NCBI GenBank assembly: GCA_003560165.1
Contig: PWJC01000044.1
Location: forward strand, 2,815-66,814
Length of the DNA: 64,000 nucleotides
Reading direction: 5' to 3'
From: Bacteroidales bacterium
GTDB lineage: Bacteria; Bacteroidota; Bacteroidia; Bacteroidales; UBA7960
In this document: piece after piece, positions 46,103 through 55,326 of the stretch
Position numbering within the stretch: the first letter of the stretch is position 1
How the letters are laid out: every line of letters starts with the position of its first letter
Program-made: the position numbers and the translations under genes
The notes under the pieces: model-generated
The model's database searches: none
What the model was told of the DNA's origin: nothing
Seen by the model: the letters and a program-made list of their open reading frames with translations, nothing else

Positions 46103-46603
46103 ATGACAACCGTAGAATTCAATTATAAGCTGCTGGGGCTTCAGAAAAACCTGAAATATTTTGCCTACACCCTCACCTCGAATTACGAAGACGCCCAGGA
46201 TCTGGTTCAGGAGACCTATCTGAAGGCTTTGTCGAACAGGGATAAGTTCACGGCCAATACCAACCTGAAGGCCTGGACCTTCACCATCATGAAAAACACC
46301 TTTATCAACAACTACCGCCAAAACATCCGCAACAACACCATCCTCGACAAAACCGACGACCTGTATTATCTGAACCTGGGCAAGGAAAGCCATACAGGGC
46401 TTCCCGACTCGGAGTATACCGTAAAGGAGATACAGAAGGAGATCAGCCGCATCAACCCCGAGCAACGCACACCTTTCGAGATGTACAACAAGGGATACAA
46501 GTACAAGGAAATTGCCGAAACCCTGAACCTTTCGATCGGCACGGTCAAAAGCCGGATCTTTTTCACCCGCAAAAAACTGATGGAGGCCCTGAAAGAAGAC
46601 TGA
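46103..46603 (+). CDS. RNA polymerase sigma-70 factor, ECF subfamily
   Basis: 166 aa with region 2 (DAQDLVQETYLKAL...FTANTNLKAWTFTIMKNTFINNYR) and region 4 HTH (YKEIAETLNLSIGTVKSRIFFTRKKL). Confidence 0.85.
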   Translation: MTTVEFNYKLLGLQKNLKYFAYTLTSNYEDAQDLVQETYLKALSNRDKFTANTNLKAWTFTIMKNTFINNYRQNIRNNTILDKTDDLYYLNLGKESHTGLPDSEYTVKEIQKEISRINPEQRTPFEMYNKGYKYKEIAETLNLSIGTVKSRIFFTRKKLMEALKED

Positions 46604-46649
46604 CAGCCTGTATCAACACCCATTTGCAGATTCCCGCACCCCTTTTCCG

Positions 46650-46679
46650 CCCCGGCCGTTTCAGGCCGGGGTTTCTGTT
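46650..46679 (+). terminator. intrinsic terminator after the sigma factor gene
   Basis: CCCCGGCC(46650-46657) pairs with GGCCGGGG(46664-46671) around a 6-nt loop, followed by TTTCTGTT. Confidence 0.65.
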
Positions 46680-46699
46680 GTATGGCAAGGGGTTTTTGT

Positions 46700-46707
46700 T
46701 AAATTTG
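46700..46707 (+). promoter_or_regulatory. candidate -7 promoter box for aspartate kinase
   Basis: TAAATTTG is an exact TAnnTTTG match, 39 nt upstream of ATG 46747. Confidence 0.45.
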
Positions 46708-46746
46708 TATACCGGGTTTCGTTTCCCAATGCCCCGGACCTGAGCT

Positions 46747-48042
46747 ATGCGTGTGTTTAAATTTGGAGGGGCTTCGGTAAAGGACCCCGATTCGGTAAGA
46801 AATGTGGCCACCATCATCCGGAACCACCATGGCGCAGGCCCTCTGGTGGTGGTACTCTCTGCGATGGGCAAAACCACAAATGCCCTGGAGGACCTCTGCA
46901 CACACTTTATGGAAGGCAACAAAGACAGCATGTTGACTTTTTTCGACCAAATCAGGGACATGCATTTCGACATTGCACGGGGCTTGTTCGCCAGCAGCGA
47001 CCACCCTGTTTTCCGGGTGCTGGAACAGTCGTTCTACCAGCTGTATTACTACATCAGCGAGCCACCCGGCACAAACTACAATTACGAATACGACCGCATC
47101 GTATCGACAGGCGAAGTGGTGTCGACCCAGATCCTGAGTGCCTACCTCGACCAAACGGGCCTGCCCAACCGCTTGTTCATGGCCCGGAAGCTGATCATCA
47201 CCGATGCCAGTTTCCGCGATGCAAGAATCGACTGGATAACCAGCACACAATCGATCCAGGAGCAGCTAACCCCCTTTCTCACACCACACAAAAAAGAGCC
47301 GGGCATCCCTTCGCTGGTGATCACCCAGGGATTCCTGGGCGGCACCCCACAGGGGTTTACTACCACCCTTGGCCGGGAAGGCTCCGATTTCAGTGCCGCC
47401 ATCATTGCCTATGCCCTGAAAGCTGATGAAGTGGTAATATGGAAAGATGTGCCCGGCTTGCTCAACGCCGATCCCAAGCTGATGGACAGCACCGTTCTGC
47501 TCAGGAACATCAGTTACCAGGAAGCCATCGAGCTGGCCTACTACGGGGCCACCATCATCCATCCGAAAACCCTGAAGCCCCTGCTGAAGAAAAAGATACC
47601 CCTCAGGGTCAAATCCTTTGCCCAGCCCGGATTGCCCGGCTCACTGATCAACGACAACGAGCTTTTCGACAGCCAGAACCCTTCCTTTATCTTTAAGTTC
47701 GACCAGGTCCTGGTGTCCATGTTCCCAAAAGACTTCAGCTTTATTGCCGAAGACAACCTGGCGCGGATCTTCGCCGACTTTGCAAAGCACGGGGTGAAGA
47801 TCAACCTGATGCAGAACTCGGCCATCAGCTTCACGGTATGCTTCGACAAAGACAGGACCAAGACCCCGGCCCTGCTGCGCGACCTGGGCAAACTATTCAC
47901 GGTCAAGTACAACGACTGCCTGCAACTGGTTACCGTCAGGCATTACCAGAAGGCCGTGGTTGATGAAATGATCGGCAACAGGGAGGTTGTCATGGAACAG
48001 AAAAACCGGACAACCATGCAGCTGGTGCTCAGAGACCGTTAG
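46747..48042 (+). CDS. lysC: aspartate kinase
   Basis: 431 aa with MRVFKFGGASVKD, VVVLSAMGKTTN, GREGSDFSAA and C-terminal ACT-like repeats. Confidence 0.9.
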   Translation: MRVFKFGGASVKDPDSVRNVATIIRNHHGAGPLVVVLSAMGKTTNALEDLCTHFMEGNKDSMLTFFDQIRDMHFDIARGLFASSDHPVFRVLEQSFYQLYYYISEPPGTNYNYEYDRIVSTGEVVSTQILSAYLDQTGLPNRLFMARKLIITDASFRDARIDWITSTQSIQEQLTPFLTPHKKEPGIPSLVITQGFLGGTPQGFTTTLGREGSDFSAAIIAYALKADEVVIWKDVPGLLNADPKLMDSTVLLRNISYQEAIELAYYGATIIHPKTLKPLLKKKIPLRVKSFAQPGLPGSLINDNELFDSQNPSFIFKFDQVLVSMFPKDFSFIAEDNLARIFADFAKHGVKINLMQNSAISFTVCFDKDRTKTPALLRDLGKLFTVKYNDCLQLVTVRHYQKAVVDEMIGNREVVMEQKNRTTMQLVLRDR

Positions 48043-48998
48043 GCCCGGGTAAGCGGCAGGGCCCTGATCTTTTCAAAAAGCACCTCCGAGAGCTTGCGGT
48101 AGGACTCATGCGTCCATCCGGCCACATGAGGGGTCATCATCACCCGTGGATGGGCTGCCAGGTACTGAAAAGGGGGTGGGAGCTCCCGCAGTTCCAGTTT
48201 TTCGAACGTCAGGTGCTCGTACTCCAGCACATCCAGGGCCGCTCCCGAAAGCCTGCCCGACTCCAGGGCAGTGACCAGATCCCGGGTGTTCACCACCTCC
48301 CCCCGGCTGGTGTTGATCAGCACGATGTTTTTACGGAAGCGATTCAGGTAGCCGAGGTCGACCAGCTGACGGGTCTCATTGGTCAGTGGAAGGTGCAGGC
48401 TTAAAAAATCGGCCTGGTCAAAAAGTTCCTCCATGGTGGCTTCGCTGACAGCCTGGTTGCCAAAGCCCGTTTTGTACTTGTCATAAGCAAGCAGCCTCAT
48501 CCTGAAACCGCTCAAACAACGTGCAAGGGCGCTGCCGGTATTCCCGTAGCCCACAATGCCCATGGTTTTGCCCATGAGTTCGGTACCCCGGTTCTTCTCC
48601 CTGTTCCAGCAGCCCCTGCTCACTTCGGCATTTGCCTGGCACAATTTGTTGAGCAGGGCCAGCAGCATCCCCACGGCATGCTCCCCAACCGAATCCCGGT
48701 TTCCCTCGGGCGAGTTCAAACAGGCAATGCCGCGGCCGGAGGCATAGTCTACATCAATGTTCTCGAGCCCGCTGCCCACTCTTCCGACAAACCGGAGACT
48801 GTTGGCCAGGCTCAGCTCTTCAGGGCCCAGCCTGAAGCGGCTTCTGACAATAATACCGGTCAGTCCGGGCAGCAGCCCAAGCAAGTCTTCCCGGTCCAAT
48901 CCGGGCTTAACGACACATTGGTAGCCGATTTTTTCCAGATTCTCCTTTAAAAAGGGATGGACCTGATCGACAAAGAGAACTACGGGCCTGGCAGTCAT
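48039..48998 (-). CDS. D-isomer-specific 2-hydroxyacid dehydrogenase (phosphoglycerate dehydrogenase-like)
   Basis: 319 aa with the NAD-binding GIVGYGNTGSALA and the catalytic-region pattern (INTSRG..V, TPHVAG). Substrate is not assignable from sequence alone. Confidence 0.8.
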   Translation of the reverse strand: MTARPVVLFVDQVHPFLKENLEKIGYQCVVKPGLDREDLLGLLPGLTGIIVRSRFRLGPEELSLANSLRFVGRVGSGLENIDVDYASGRGIACLNSPEGNRDSVGEHAVGMLLALLNKLCQANAEVSRGCWNREKNRGTELMGKTMGIVGYGNTGSALARCLSGFRMRLLAYDKYKTGFGNQAVSEATMEELFDQADFLSLHLPLTNETRQLVDLGYLNRFRKNIVLINTSRGEVVNTRDLVTALESGRLSGAALDVLEYEHLTFEKLELRELPPPFQYLAAHPRVMMTPHVAGWTHESYRKLSEVLFEKIRALPLTRA

Positions 48999-49010
48999 GC
49001 GGACCTGGGG

Positions 49011-50330
49011 TTAAGGTGATTCGAGGCTGCGCTCAAATGCCTCCAGCAATTCCCTGCCGGCATTCTGGCAACTACTGCCTACCTCCCCGATGCCAAAGTA
49101 GGTATGGTAAACCGGGTTGAGCCGGGAGTTGCCCGAATAGCGTAGTGGGATGGCCAGTGTCTGTCCGGCCAGGAGGGTCGACTCGCGGCCGAACCGCCCC
49201 CTGTTGGGAGGGTGGTTGATCACAAACCACGAACAGACCCCGAACCGGACATACAACCGGCCCCATGTATCGCCGCTGCGCACCGTATAGAAGCTGTCGG
49301 CGGGCAAAGCCGGCACATCGGCCATTTCCTCTCCGGGCGGGGAAACAACCCCCATCTCCTCCTGCGCAGTGGAGGTGGGGGGCGAAATGCGCCTGGGCGG
49401 ACGCGGATTGTATATGAACAGATCGTAAACCATATAGGCCACCAACAACAAGGCGGCGATGGTTAAAACATTCCTGATGGCCGAAGATGAAACAGAAGGC
49501 AGCTTTGCCCCTTTTTTCTTTTTCGCTGTCATGGGCGGCTGTTGTCCGGGATTTCCGGGTCCAACAGGGCCGGGGCGGTAGCTACCGCTTGCGTAGCTCC
49601 TGATGGTGTTGGACACGTCGTTGAAACAGATGATCCCCAGGGCTGCACCGGCATCTTCCGGCAAAGGCCTTCTGCTTTTAATCATTCTGGCCACCTTGGT
49701 CTGGGCCGGCATGGAATCGCGCAGCAAGGCCCGGGTCCCTTTCCGGCAAAGTTCAGCGCAAATACCGGCAGTGCCCATCAACACCATGTCGCCATTCAGG
49801 GGTTGCAGGGGCCCGGATGGTGAGCCCGGGGTAATCAGGGCCTGATGCCCCATGTGGCCGGGCGCCCGGAGGGGGGAATCGTTGTCGCCCGCCTCTTCAG
49901 GAGCTGCCTCTTGCCGGGTCAGGGGGATGACCTTCCTGCCGGTAAACAAAAACAGGCAGGGATCGCCCACCCATGCATAATGCAATTGGTCGTTGATCAG
50001 CAGGGCGCAGAGGGCGCTCATCTGTCCCCTGTTTGCCGAAGGTTGTTTCTGATGCATCTGGAACAAATACCCGGAGGTGTAAATCAGTGAATTGGCAGGA
50101 GCCCTTCCGGGATTTTCCTCCACCTCGTTTTCCAGGTAATACCGTATCCTTTCCATGGCCACGGCAGTCAGCCGGGCCCTGCCCGGATCGCTGTCTGCAT
50201 CCGAAACCAGCACAAATGCATAACCGTTGGGGGTATCGAATGCTTCCTGCCGGCAGAGCCTTTCCATCCCATCGGCACCCGGAGCATCACGGCCGGAATA
50301 TTCAAATGCATTGAACTTTTTGGTGGTCAT
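49011..50330 (-). CDS. PP2C-like domain / TM helix / LysM domain protein
   Basis: 439 aa from ATG 50330. The N-terminal ~230 aa show PP2C-like spacing (FVLVSDADSD..., LCALLINDQLHYAWVGDPCLFLF, GDMVLMGTAGI). A Pro-rich linker and one TM helix (VLTIAALLLVAYMVYDLFIY) follow. The C-terminal LysM is YTVRSGDTWGRLYVRFGV...LLAGQTLAIP. Confidence 0.65.
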   Translation of the reverse strand: MTTKKFNAFEYSGRDAPGADGMERLCRQEAFDTPNGYAFVLVSDADSDPGRARLTAVAMERIRYYLENEVEENPGRAPANSLIYTSGYLFQMHQKQPSANRGQMSALCALLINDQLHYAWVGDPCLFLFTGRKVIPLTRQEAAPEEAGDNDSPLRAPGHMGHQALITPGSPSGPLQPLNGDMVLMGTAGICAELCRKGTRALLRDSMPAQTKVARMIKSRRPLPEDAGAALGIICFNDVSNTIRSYASGSYRPGPVGPGNPGQQPPMTAKKKKGAKLPSVSSSAIRNVLTIAALLLVAYMVYDLFIYNPRPPRRISPPTSTAQEEMGVVSPPGEEMADVPALPADSFYTVRSGDTWGRLYVRFGVCSWFVINHPPNRGRFGRESTLLAGQTLAIPLRYSGNSRLNPVYHTYFGIGEVGSSCQNAGRELLEAFERSLESP

Positions 50331-50359
50331 TCGGCAAGGCTGTATTTTCGGGTTCAGGA

Positions 50360-50367
50360 CAAAATTA
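50360..50367 (-). promoter_or_regulatory. candidate -7 promoter box for the PP2C-like/LysM gene
   Basis: The minus strand reads TAATTTTG (exact TAnnTTTG), 29 nt upstream of ATG 50330, within the 19-nt element shared with the alaS promoter. Confidence 0.5.
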
Positions 50368-50402
50368 CGTGTTTTTTCTTGCAAGCCAACATCCCTGCGC
50401 GA

Positions 50403-51200
50403 TCATTCACCCAAGGGAGGCCGGGATGGCAGCTGCCTGGTGATCAGCACAAAATCATCCACTCCCAGCTGTTCGGGGCGCTCGCCCGGAAGATGCGAAG
50501 GCAGGGACTCCCATGGCAGCTGCATGCCCCTGAGCGAATTCCTCAGGGTTTTCCTTCGTTGATTAAACGCGGTTTTCACCACCGAAAAAAAGAGCTTTTC
50601 GTTGCAGCCGAGATGGTAGTTTTCCTTCCTTCTGCAGCGGATAACGGTCGAATCCACACGTGGAGGGGGCACAAATACATGGGGGCCGACATGGAAGAGC
50701 AGCTCCACCCGGTAAAAGGCCTGGGTCAGCACGCTGAGGATACCATACACCTTGCTGCCCGGAGGAGAGGCAATGCGAAGGGCCACCTCCTTTTGGAACA
50801 TCCCCACCATTTCGGGTACCTGATGCCTGTTCTCCAGCAGCTTGAATACGATCTGCGAAGAGATGTTGTAAGGGAAGTTGCCGATCAACGCCAGGGGTTC
50901 CTGCCCAAAGAGCGCAGGGAAGTCGCAGCGCAAAAAATCGGCATGAATGATGCGGCTTGCCATCTCAGGGTGTTTCTCCCTTAGGGCAGCGATGGATTCG
51001 CGGTCCACGTCCATCCCGTACCACCTGAATCCGTCAATTTCCATCAGCTGCCTCGACAGCATGCCGGTACCCGGCCCCACTTCCAGTACGATGCCATAAT
51101 TGCCATGACCGGTCAGACTGCCTGCGATCTTGCGGGCAATGCCGGCATCGGCCAGGAAATGCTGCCCGAGCGATTTTTTGGGGGTTACGTGCCTGCCCAC
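50403..51200 (-). CDS. rsmA: 16S rRNA (adenine1518-N6/adenine1519-N6)-dimethyltransferase
   Basis: 265 aa with PKKSLGQHFLAD, the SAM motif VLEVGPGTG and IGNFPYNISS. Confidence 0.93.
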   Translation of the reverse strand: MGRHVTPKKSLGQHFLADAGIARKIAGSLTGHGNYGIVLEVGPGTGMLSRQLMEIDGFRWYGMDVDRESIAALREKHPEMASRIIHADFLRCDFPALFGQEPLALIGNFPYNISSQIVFKLLENRHQVPEMVGMFQKEVALRIASPPGSKVYGILSVLTQAFYRVELLFHVGPHVFVPPPRVDSTVIRCRRKENYHLGCNEKLFFSVVKTAFNQRRKTLRNSLRGMQLPWESLPSHLPGERPEQLGVDDFVLITRQLPSRPPLGE

Positions 51201-51220
51201 TTTATCTCCTGTTGCGTTCT

Positions 51221-53053
51221 TTAATTGACCATGTCGCCGCGCAGGGCCCTGAAGCGGTTCCTCGCCGTGAGAGCATAAATGCTGCCAGGATAATCGAGCA
51301 TGAGTTCCTGGTAAAGCGCCATGGCCATGTCGTGGTTCCCGAAGAGCTGATGCTGCAGCCCGGCTCGCAGAAACAGGGCCAGGTCGGCCAGTATGCTGCC
51401 GGGGTAGCTTACGGCAAACCTTGCGAGCAAGCTGTCGGCAGCATGGTAATTGCCCAGCTGCTTCATGATCCCGGCCCGGGCAAACAACACATCGTCGCCG
51501 ATCGGGTGGCCGGGGTATTGCCTTGCGATGGTGTCGAGCAGTGACAGGGCTTCATCAAACCGGTTCATGAACACCCGCTTCTCTGCTCTGGCAAACAGCA
51601 GCAAGGGGGCGGTGTTGCCGTCCGGGCCCACATTATCCTGTATCCTGAGCGACAACTGGATGGCGTCGTTGGCGATCAGCCGCGAAGTGCCTGCCTTGAG
51701 CACATCGAGTTGAGCCCTGGCCCAGTCGAACTCGCCCATATAGTAATTCAGCCTGGCGTTTTTAAACCTGGCCTCATGGGCCAGGGGGTCGTCTCTGAAC
51801 ATCCTGTCTACCTGGGCATATAAAAGGGTCGCATCCCAGACCTCGCCGGTGAGCACCAGGATGTCGGCCAGGGCCACCCTGCATTCGGCCTTGACCCGTT
51901 CGGACACATTGGGGATGTCGAGGGTGGATTCCAGCAATTGGGTGGCTTCGGCAGTCTTTCCCAGATAGAAGGCCTGAAGCTGGGCCAGGTTGCGGATCAG
52001 AGGCACCGTCGAGACCCTTGCTCCCAGTGTGGCGATGGCCTCCAGGTACTCCTGTTCAATGGCAGCCAGCTCGTCCATGCTGTATGTGTATTCGTTGATC
52101 ACCGACAAATAGCGCACATTCAGGTAGCCCACAAGGGCATCCAGGTAATGGGTGCTTTCGCTGCCCATTTCCAGCAGGTAGGAATAGGCCTGGGCAGCCA
52201 CTTCGTAGTCTTGGTTGGAGGTACTCAGCCGGGCTACTTCCAGCACCATGTCGCCCTCCTGCCGGAGGCGGCGGTCGATGGCCCTGGCCTGCAGAAAGGC
52301 CATGCGGAAATCCTGTTGCTGCAACGACAGCCAGAGCAGCATTTCGGCCCAAAGGATATTGCCCGGATGCTGCTGGGTGCGCACCAGCAGAACCCGTCGC
52401 AGGGCATCATTGCGCGAAAAGCCCGGATCGTTGGCAATGGCATCCTGAAGCAAGCCTCTTACACGCTGCATTTCGTTGGGATGCTCCACCATGTAATCGA
52501 GGTATTCTTCCATCATGGCCCGGTGATTGCCGGTCCTGTCGTAAAGGGCAGCTATGCGCAGATGCAGGGGATGGCTGTCGCCCAGCAGCTCCCGTCCGCG
52601 ATGGTAGGTTTCCAAGGCCCTGTCGGCAAAGCCCCTGTGCTCGAAAGCCAGGGCCAGGTCAACAACAGCCTCTGCCCCTGCCTCCAGCCTCCCGATCAGC
52701 CTGTCGAAGTGGCGGCGCTCCTGACGGGAGTTGCCGGCCCGGTGAAAGACCCATCCGAGGTCAAGCTCGTAGCGTACATCACCGGGATGAACCCGCATCT
52801 GTGTTCTCACCAGGCTTTCTGCGCGGGAATATTCTTCAAGGGCAAGCAGGCTTTGGAGGTAATTGTTGTAGATAACGGTCGTGGGCGAATGCCGGAAGAG
52901 TTCCTCGTACAGAGCCAGTGCTTTTTCGTATTCGCCCTCACGAAAATACTGTGCAGCCAATTGCTTGTTGGTGGTGTCGGCAATGGCGGGCAACTGCTGC
53001 GCCGGCATCAGGAACAGCAGGAGGAAAAAGACCGGGAAAATGACTTTCTGCAT
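51221..53053 (-). CDS. secreted tetratricopeptide repeat protein
   Basis: 610 aa from ATG 53053 with a signal peptide (MQKVIFPVFFLLLFLMPAQQ) and TPR-like repeats throughout. The 671-aa ORF-track version would overlap serS and was rejected. Confidence 0.7.
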   Translation of the reverse strand: MQKVIFPVFFLLLFLMPAQQLPAIADTTNKQLAAQYFREGEYEKALALYEELFRHSPTTVIYNNYLQSLLALEEYSRAESLVRTQMRVHPGDVRYELDLGWVFHRAGNSRQERRHFDRLIGRLEAGAEAVVDLALAFEHRGFADRALETYHRGRELLGDSHPLHLRIAALYDRTGNHRAMMEEYLDYMVEHPNEMQRVRGLLQDAIANDPGFSRNDALRRVLLVRTQQHPGNILWAEMLLWLSLQQQDFRMAFLQARAIDRRLRQEGDMVLEVARLSTSNQDYEVAAQAYSYLLEMGSESTHYLDALVGYLNVRYLSVINEYTYSMDELAAIEQEYLEAIATLGARVSTVPLIRNLAQLQAFYLGKTAEATQLLESTLDIPNVSERVKAECRVALADILVLTGEVWDATLLYAQVDRMFRDDPLAHEARFKNARLNYYMGEFDWARAQLDVLKAGTSRLIANDAIQLSLRIQDNVGPDGNTAPLLLFARAEKRVFMNRFDEALSLLDTIARQYPGHPIGDDVLFARAGIMKQLGNYHAADSLLARFAVSYPGSILADLALFLRAGLQHQLFGNHDMAMALYQELMLDYPGSIYALTARNRFRALRGDMVN

Positions 53054-53114
53054 GGATTCAGTGAGTCTGGTCAATAGGAAAACGCAGTACGCGGGCATTT
53101 GTTTTGCCCGGCCC

Positions 53115-54386
53115 TTATCCGATGCTGTCGAAGCCGGTATAGGGTCTGAGGGCTTCCGGTATCCGGATGCCGCCGGCCCCCTGGTTGTTTTCAAGCAGGG
53201 CGGCCAAAATCCGGGGTAGCGCCAGGGCGCTGCCATTGAGGGTATGGGCCAGGCTGTTTTTCCCTGCAGACGAACGGAAACGCAGCTTCATGCGGGCCGA
53301 CTGGTATGCTTCGAAGTTGGAAATGGAACTCACCTCCAGCCACCGCTGCTGTGCACTGGCATACACTTCCATGTCGAAGGTCAGCGCCGATGCAAATCCC
53401 AAATCGCCTCCGCACAACCGGGTGATACGGAAGGGGAGTTCCAGCTTGCGCAGCAGCCCGCTGACATATTCGACCATTTCATCCAATACCTCATAACTCT
53501 TGCCGGGATGCGCGACCTGGACAATCTCGACCTTGTCGAACTGGTGGAGTCGGTTCAGGCCCCGCACGTCCTTTCCGTATGATCCGGCTTCGCGACGGAA
53601 ACAGACCGAATACGCTGCACATTTCACAGGCAGCTCCTCTTCTTTCAGGATGCTGTCTCTGTACAGATTGGTCAGGGGAACTTCGGCAGTGGGGATCAGG
53701 TAGAGGTTGTCGGCGGGCAGGTGGTACATCTGCCCGTCCTTATCGGGCAGCTGGCCGGTGCCGAAGGCAGAGGCTTCATTAACCAGAAGGGGGGGCTGGT
53801 ATTCGGTATACCCCGCCTTGGTGGCCTCATCGAGAAAAAAGGCGATCAGTGCGCGCTGCAAACGGGCACCCCGGCCCTTGTAGACCGGAAAACCTGCCCC
53901 GCTGACCTTGGCACCCAGTTCAAAATCAATAATGTCGTATTTTCTGGCCAGGTCCCAGTGTGGCAGCGCATTGGTGGCGGCAGGAAGGGGTTCGCCCTCT
54001 GCCCTGACCAGTTCGTTGTCGGCCTCGGAGTTCCCGGGAGGCACCGAGGGGTGGGGCAGGTTGGGCAATTTGACCATCAGCTCCCTGAATTCGGCAGTGA
54101 CCGAATCCAGTTGATCCTGTAAAGTTTTGGCACGCTGTTTCAGCAAAGCCGACTCCTGCTTCATCTCTGCAGCTTGCTGCCCTTTGCCCGATTTAAACAG
54201 TTCGCCAATCTGACGCGCCAGTTCATTCGCCCTGGCCAGGTTGTCATCCAGTTCCTTCTGGGTTTTCCTGCGCACGGCATCTGCCTCCCTGAGCCGGCCT
54301 ACCACCTCAGTGGCATCCATATTCCTTACTTTCAGCCGGCGGATTACCTCTTCGCCGTGTTCGCGGATAATTTGAATATCTAACAT
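53115..54386 (-). CDS. serS: serine--tRNA ligase
   Basis: 423 aa with MLDIQIIREH, an N-terminal coiled coil and class II motifs (FRRE.G..G.D.RGL.R.HQF.KVE; GSALA.PR). Confidence 0.97.
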   Translation of the reverse strand: MLDIQIIREHGEEVIRRLKVRNMDATEVVGRLREADAVRRKTQKELDDNLARANELARQIGELFKSGKGQQAAEMKQESALLKQRAKTLQDQLDSVTAEFRELMVKLPNLPHPSVPPGNSEADNELVRAEGEPLPAATNALPHWDLARKYDIIDFELGAKVSGAGFPVYKGRGARLQRALIAFFLDEATKAGYTEYQPPLLVNEASAFGTGQLPDKDGQMYHLPADNLYLIPTAEVPLTNLYRDSILKEEELPVKCAAYSVCFRREAGSYGKDVRGLNRLHQFDKVEIVQVAHPGKSYEVLDEMVEYVSGLLRKLELPFRITRLCGGDLGFASALTFDMEVYASAQQRWLEVSSISNFEAYQSARMKLRFRSSAGKNSLAHTLNGSALALPRILAALLENNQGAGGIRIPEALRPYTGFDSIG

Positions 54387-54462
54387 GTTCTTTGGCCCGG
54401 ATTGAATCAGTAGGTAGTTATTGAAAGCATAAAGGCGTTAAAATTACGAAGAAATATGCCAC

Positions 54463-54490
54463 AAAAAAAAATCCCGCCGGGGCAGGATTT
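54463..54490 (-). terminator. intrinsic terminator of the rplU-rpmA operon
   Basis: The minus strand shows an AAATCC...GGATTT stem (with inner GC pairs) followed by a run of about 8 U (plus-strand A63-A70), 44 nt past the rpmA stop. Confidence 0.65.
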
Positions 54491-54533
54491 GATAACGCTG
54501 GGTTTTGCGTTGGCAGATAAACTGCCAGGCAAA

Positions 54534-54878
54534 CTAGCCGGTTGTTTCCTCCGGGGCCTTTTCTGTGGGTTGCTCCAGGGTTTCGGGCGATGGCGGGGGG
54601 CTAAGGCTTTCCTGCACCTCTGCGGTATCGGGCTCGATATTCACATAGGATTTATTTCCGGCCTTGCGCTTGAAAACCACTTTGCCGTCGGTAAGGGCAT
54701 ACAGGGAATGGTCTTTGCCCATTCCCACATTCAGCCCGGGATAATGCTGGGTTCCACGCTGCCTGACAATGATGTTGCCGGCAATGGCCGTGGAGCCACC
54801 AAATATTTTCACTCCCAATCGTTTGCTATGTGATTCGCGTCCGTTGCGTGAACTTCCGGCTCCTTTCTTATGTGCCAT
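54534..54878 (-). CDS. rpmA: 50S ribosomal protein L27 (with C-terminal acidic/Pro-rich extension)
   Basis: [28 protein letters not shown]...IIVRQRGT is canonical bL27. At 114 aa it is about 28 aa longer than usual. Confidence 0.93.
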   Translation of the reverse strand: MAHKKGAGSSRNGRESHSKRLGVKIFGGSTAIAGNIIVRQRGTQHYPGLNVGMGKDHSLYALTDGKVVFKRKAGNKSYVNIEPDTAEVQESLSPPPSPETLEQPTEKAPEETTG

Positions 54879-54907
54879 GGTGTATTGTTTTTTCGGTTGC
54901 CACTGAT

Positions 54908-55219
54908 TTACGCGGTAATTTCTTCGATCTGTATCTGGGTAAGGGGTTGACGGTGGCCATTCATTTTCTGATAGCCCTTCCTTCTTTTCTTTTTAAATAC
55001 CAGTATTTTGTCGGCCTTCACATGCTCAATCACCCTGGCCTTTACCATTGCCCCTTCCACTACGGGTGTACCCACCCGTATGTTTTCCTCGTCGGCAAAA
55101 AGCAACACCCTGTCAAACTCCAGCTCACTACCCGCTTCGTTGTCCAGCAGATTCACAAAAAGCTTCTGGTCTTTCTGAATCTTGAATTGCTGGCCGCCTA
55201 TTTCAACAATTGCGTACAT
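54908..55219 (-). CDS. rplU: 50S ribosomal protein L21
   Basis: 103 aa. [23 protein letters not shown]...GHRQPLTQI is canonical bL21. Confidence 0.95.
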   Translation of the reverse strand: MYAIVEIGGQQFKIQKDQKLFVNLLDNEAGSELEFDRVLLFADEENIRVGTPVVEGAMVKARVIEHVKADKILVFKKKRRKGYQKMNGHRQPLTQIQIEEITA

Positions 55220-55260
55220 TTCTGTGTGGGATTAAATGATTTTACTCCTGTATCGGGGTG

Positions 55261-55268
55261 CAAAGATA
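55261..55268 (-). promoter_or_regulatory. candidate -7 promoter box for rplU-rpmA
   Basis: The minus strand reads TATCTTTG (exact TAnnTTTG), 41 nt upstream of the rplU ATG. Confidence 0.45.
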
Positions 55269-55326
55269 ATCAAAATAGTTTAAGTAACAAGTTCGGATTG
55301 CGAAAAATTGTTGCCACCCCAGGGGC

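Noticed and set aside
46604-46746. Lysine riboswitch upstream of aspartate kinase.
   Set aside because: After the sigma-gene terminator and the predicted -7 box, only about 39 nt remain before the ATG. That is far too short for an L-box.
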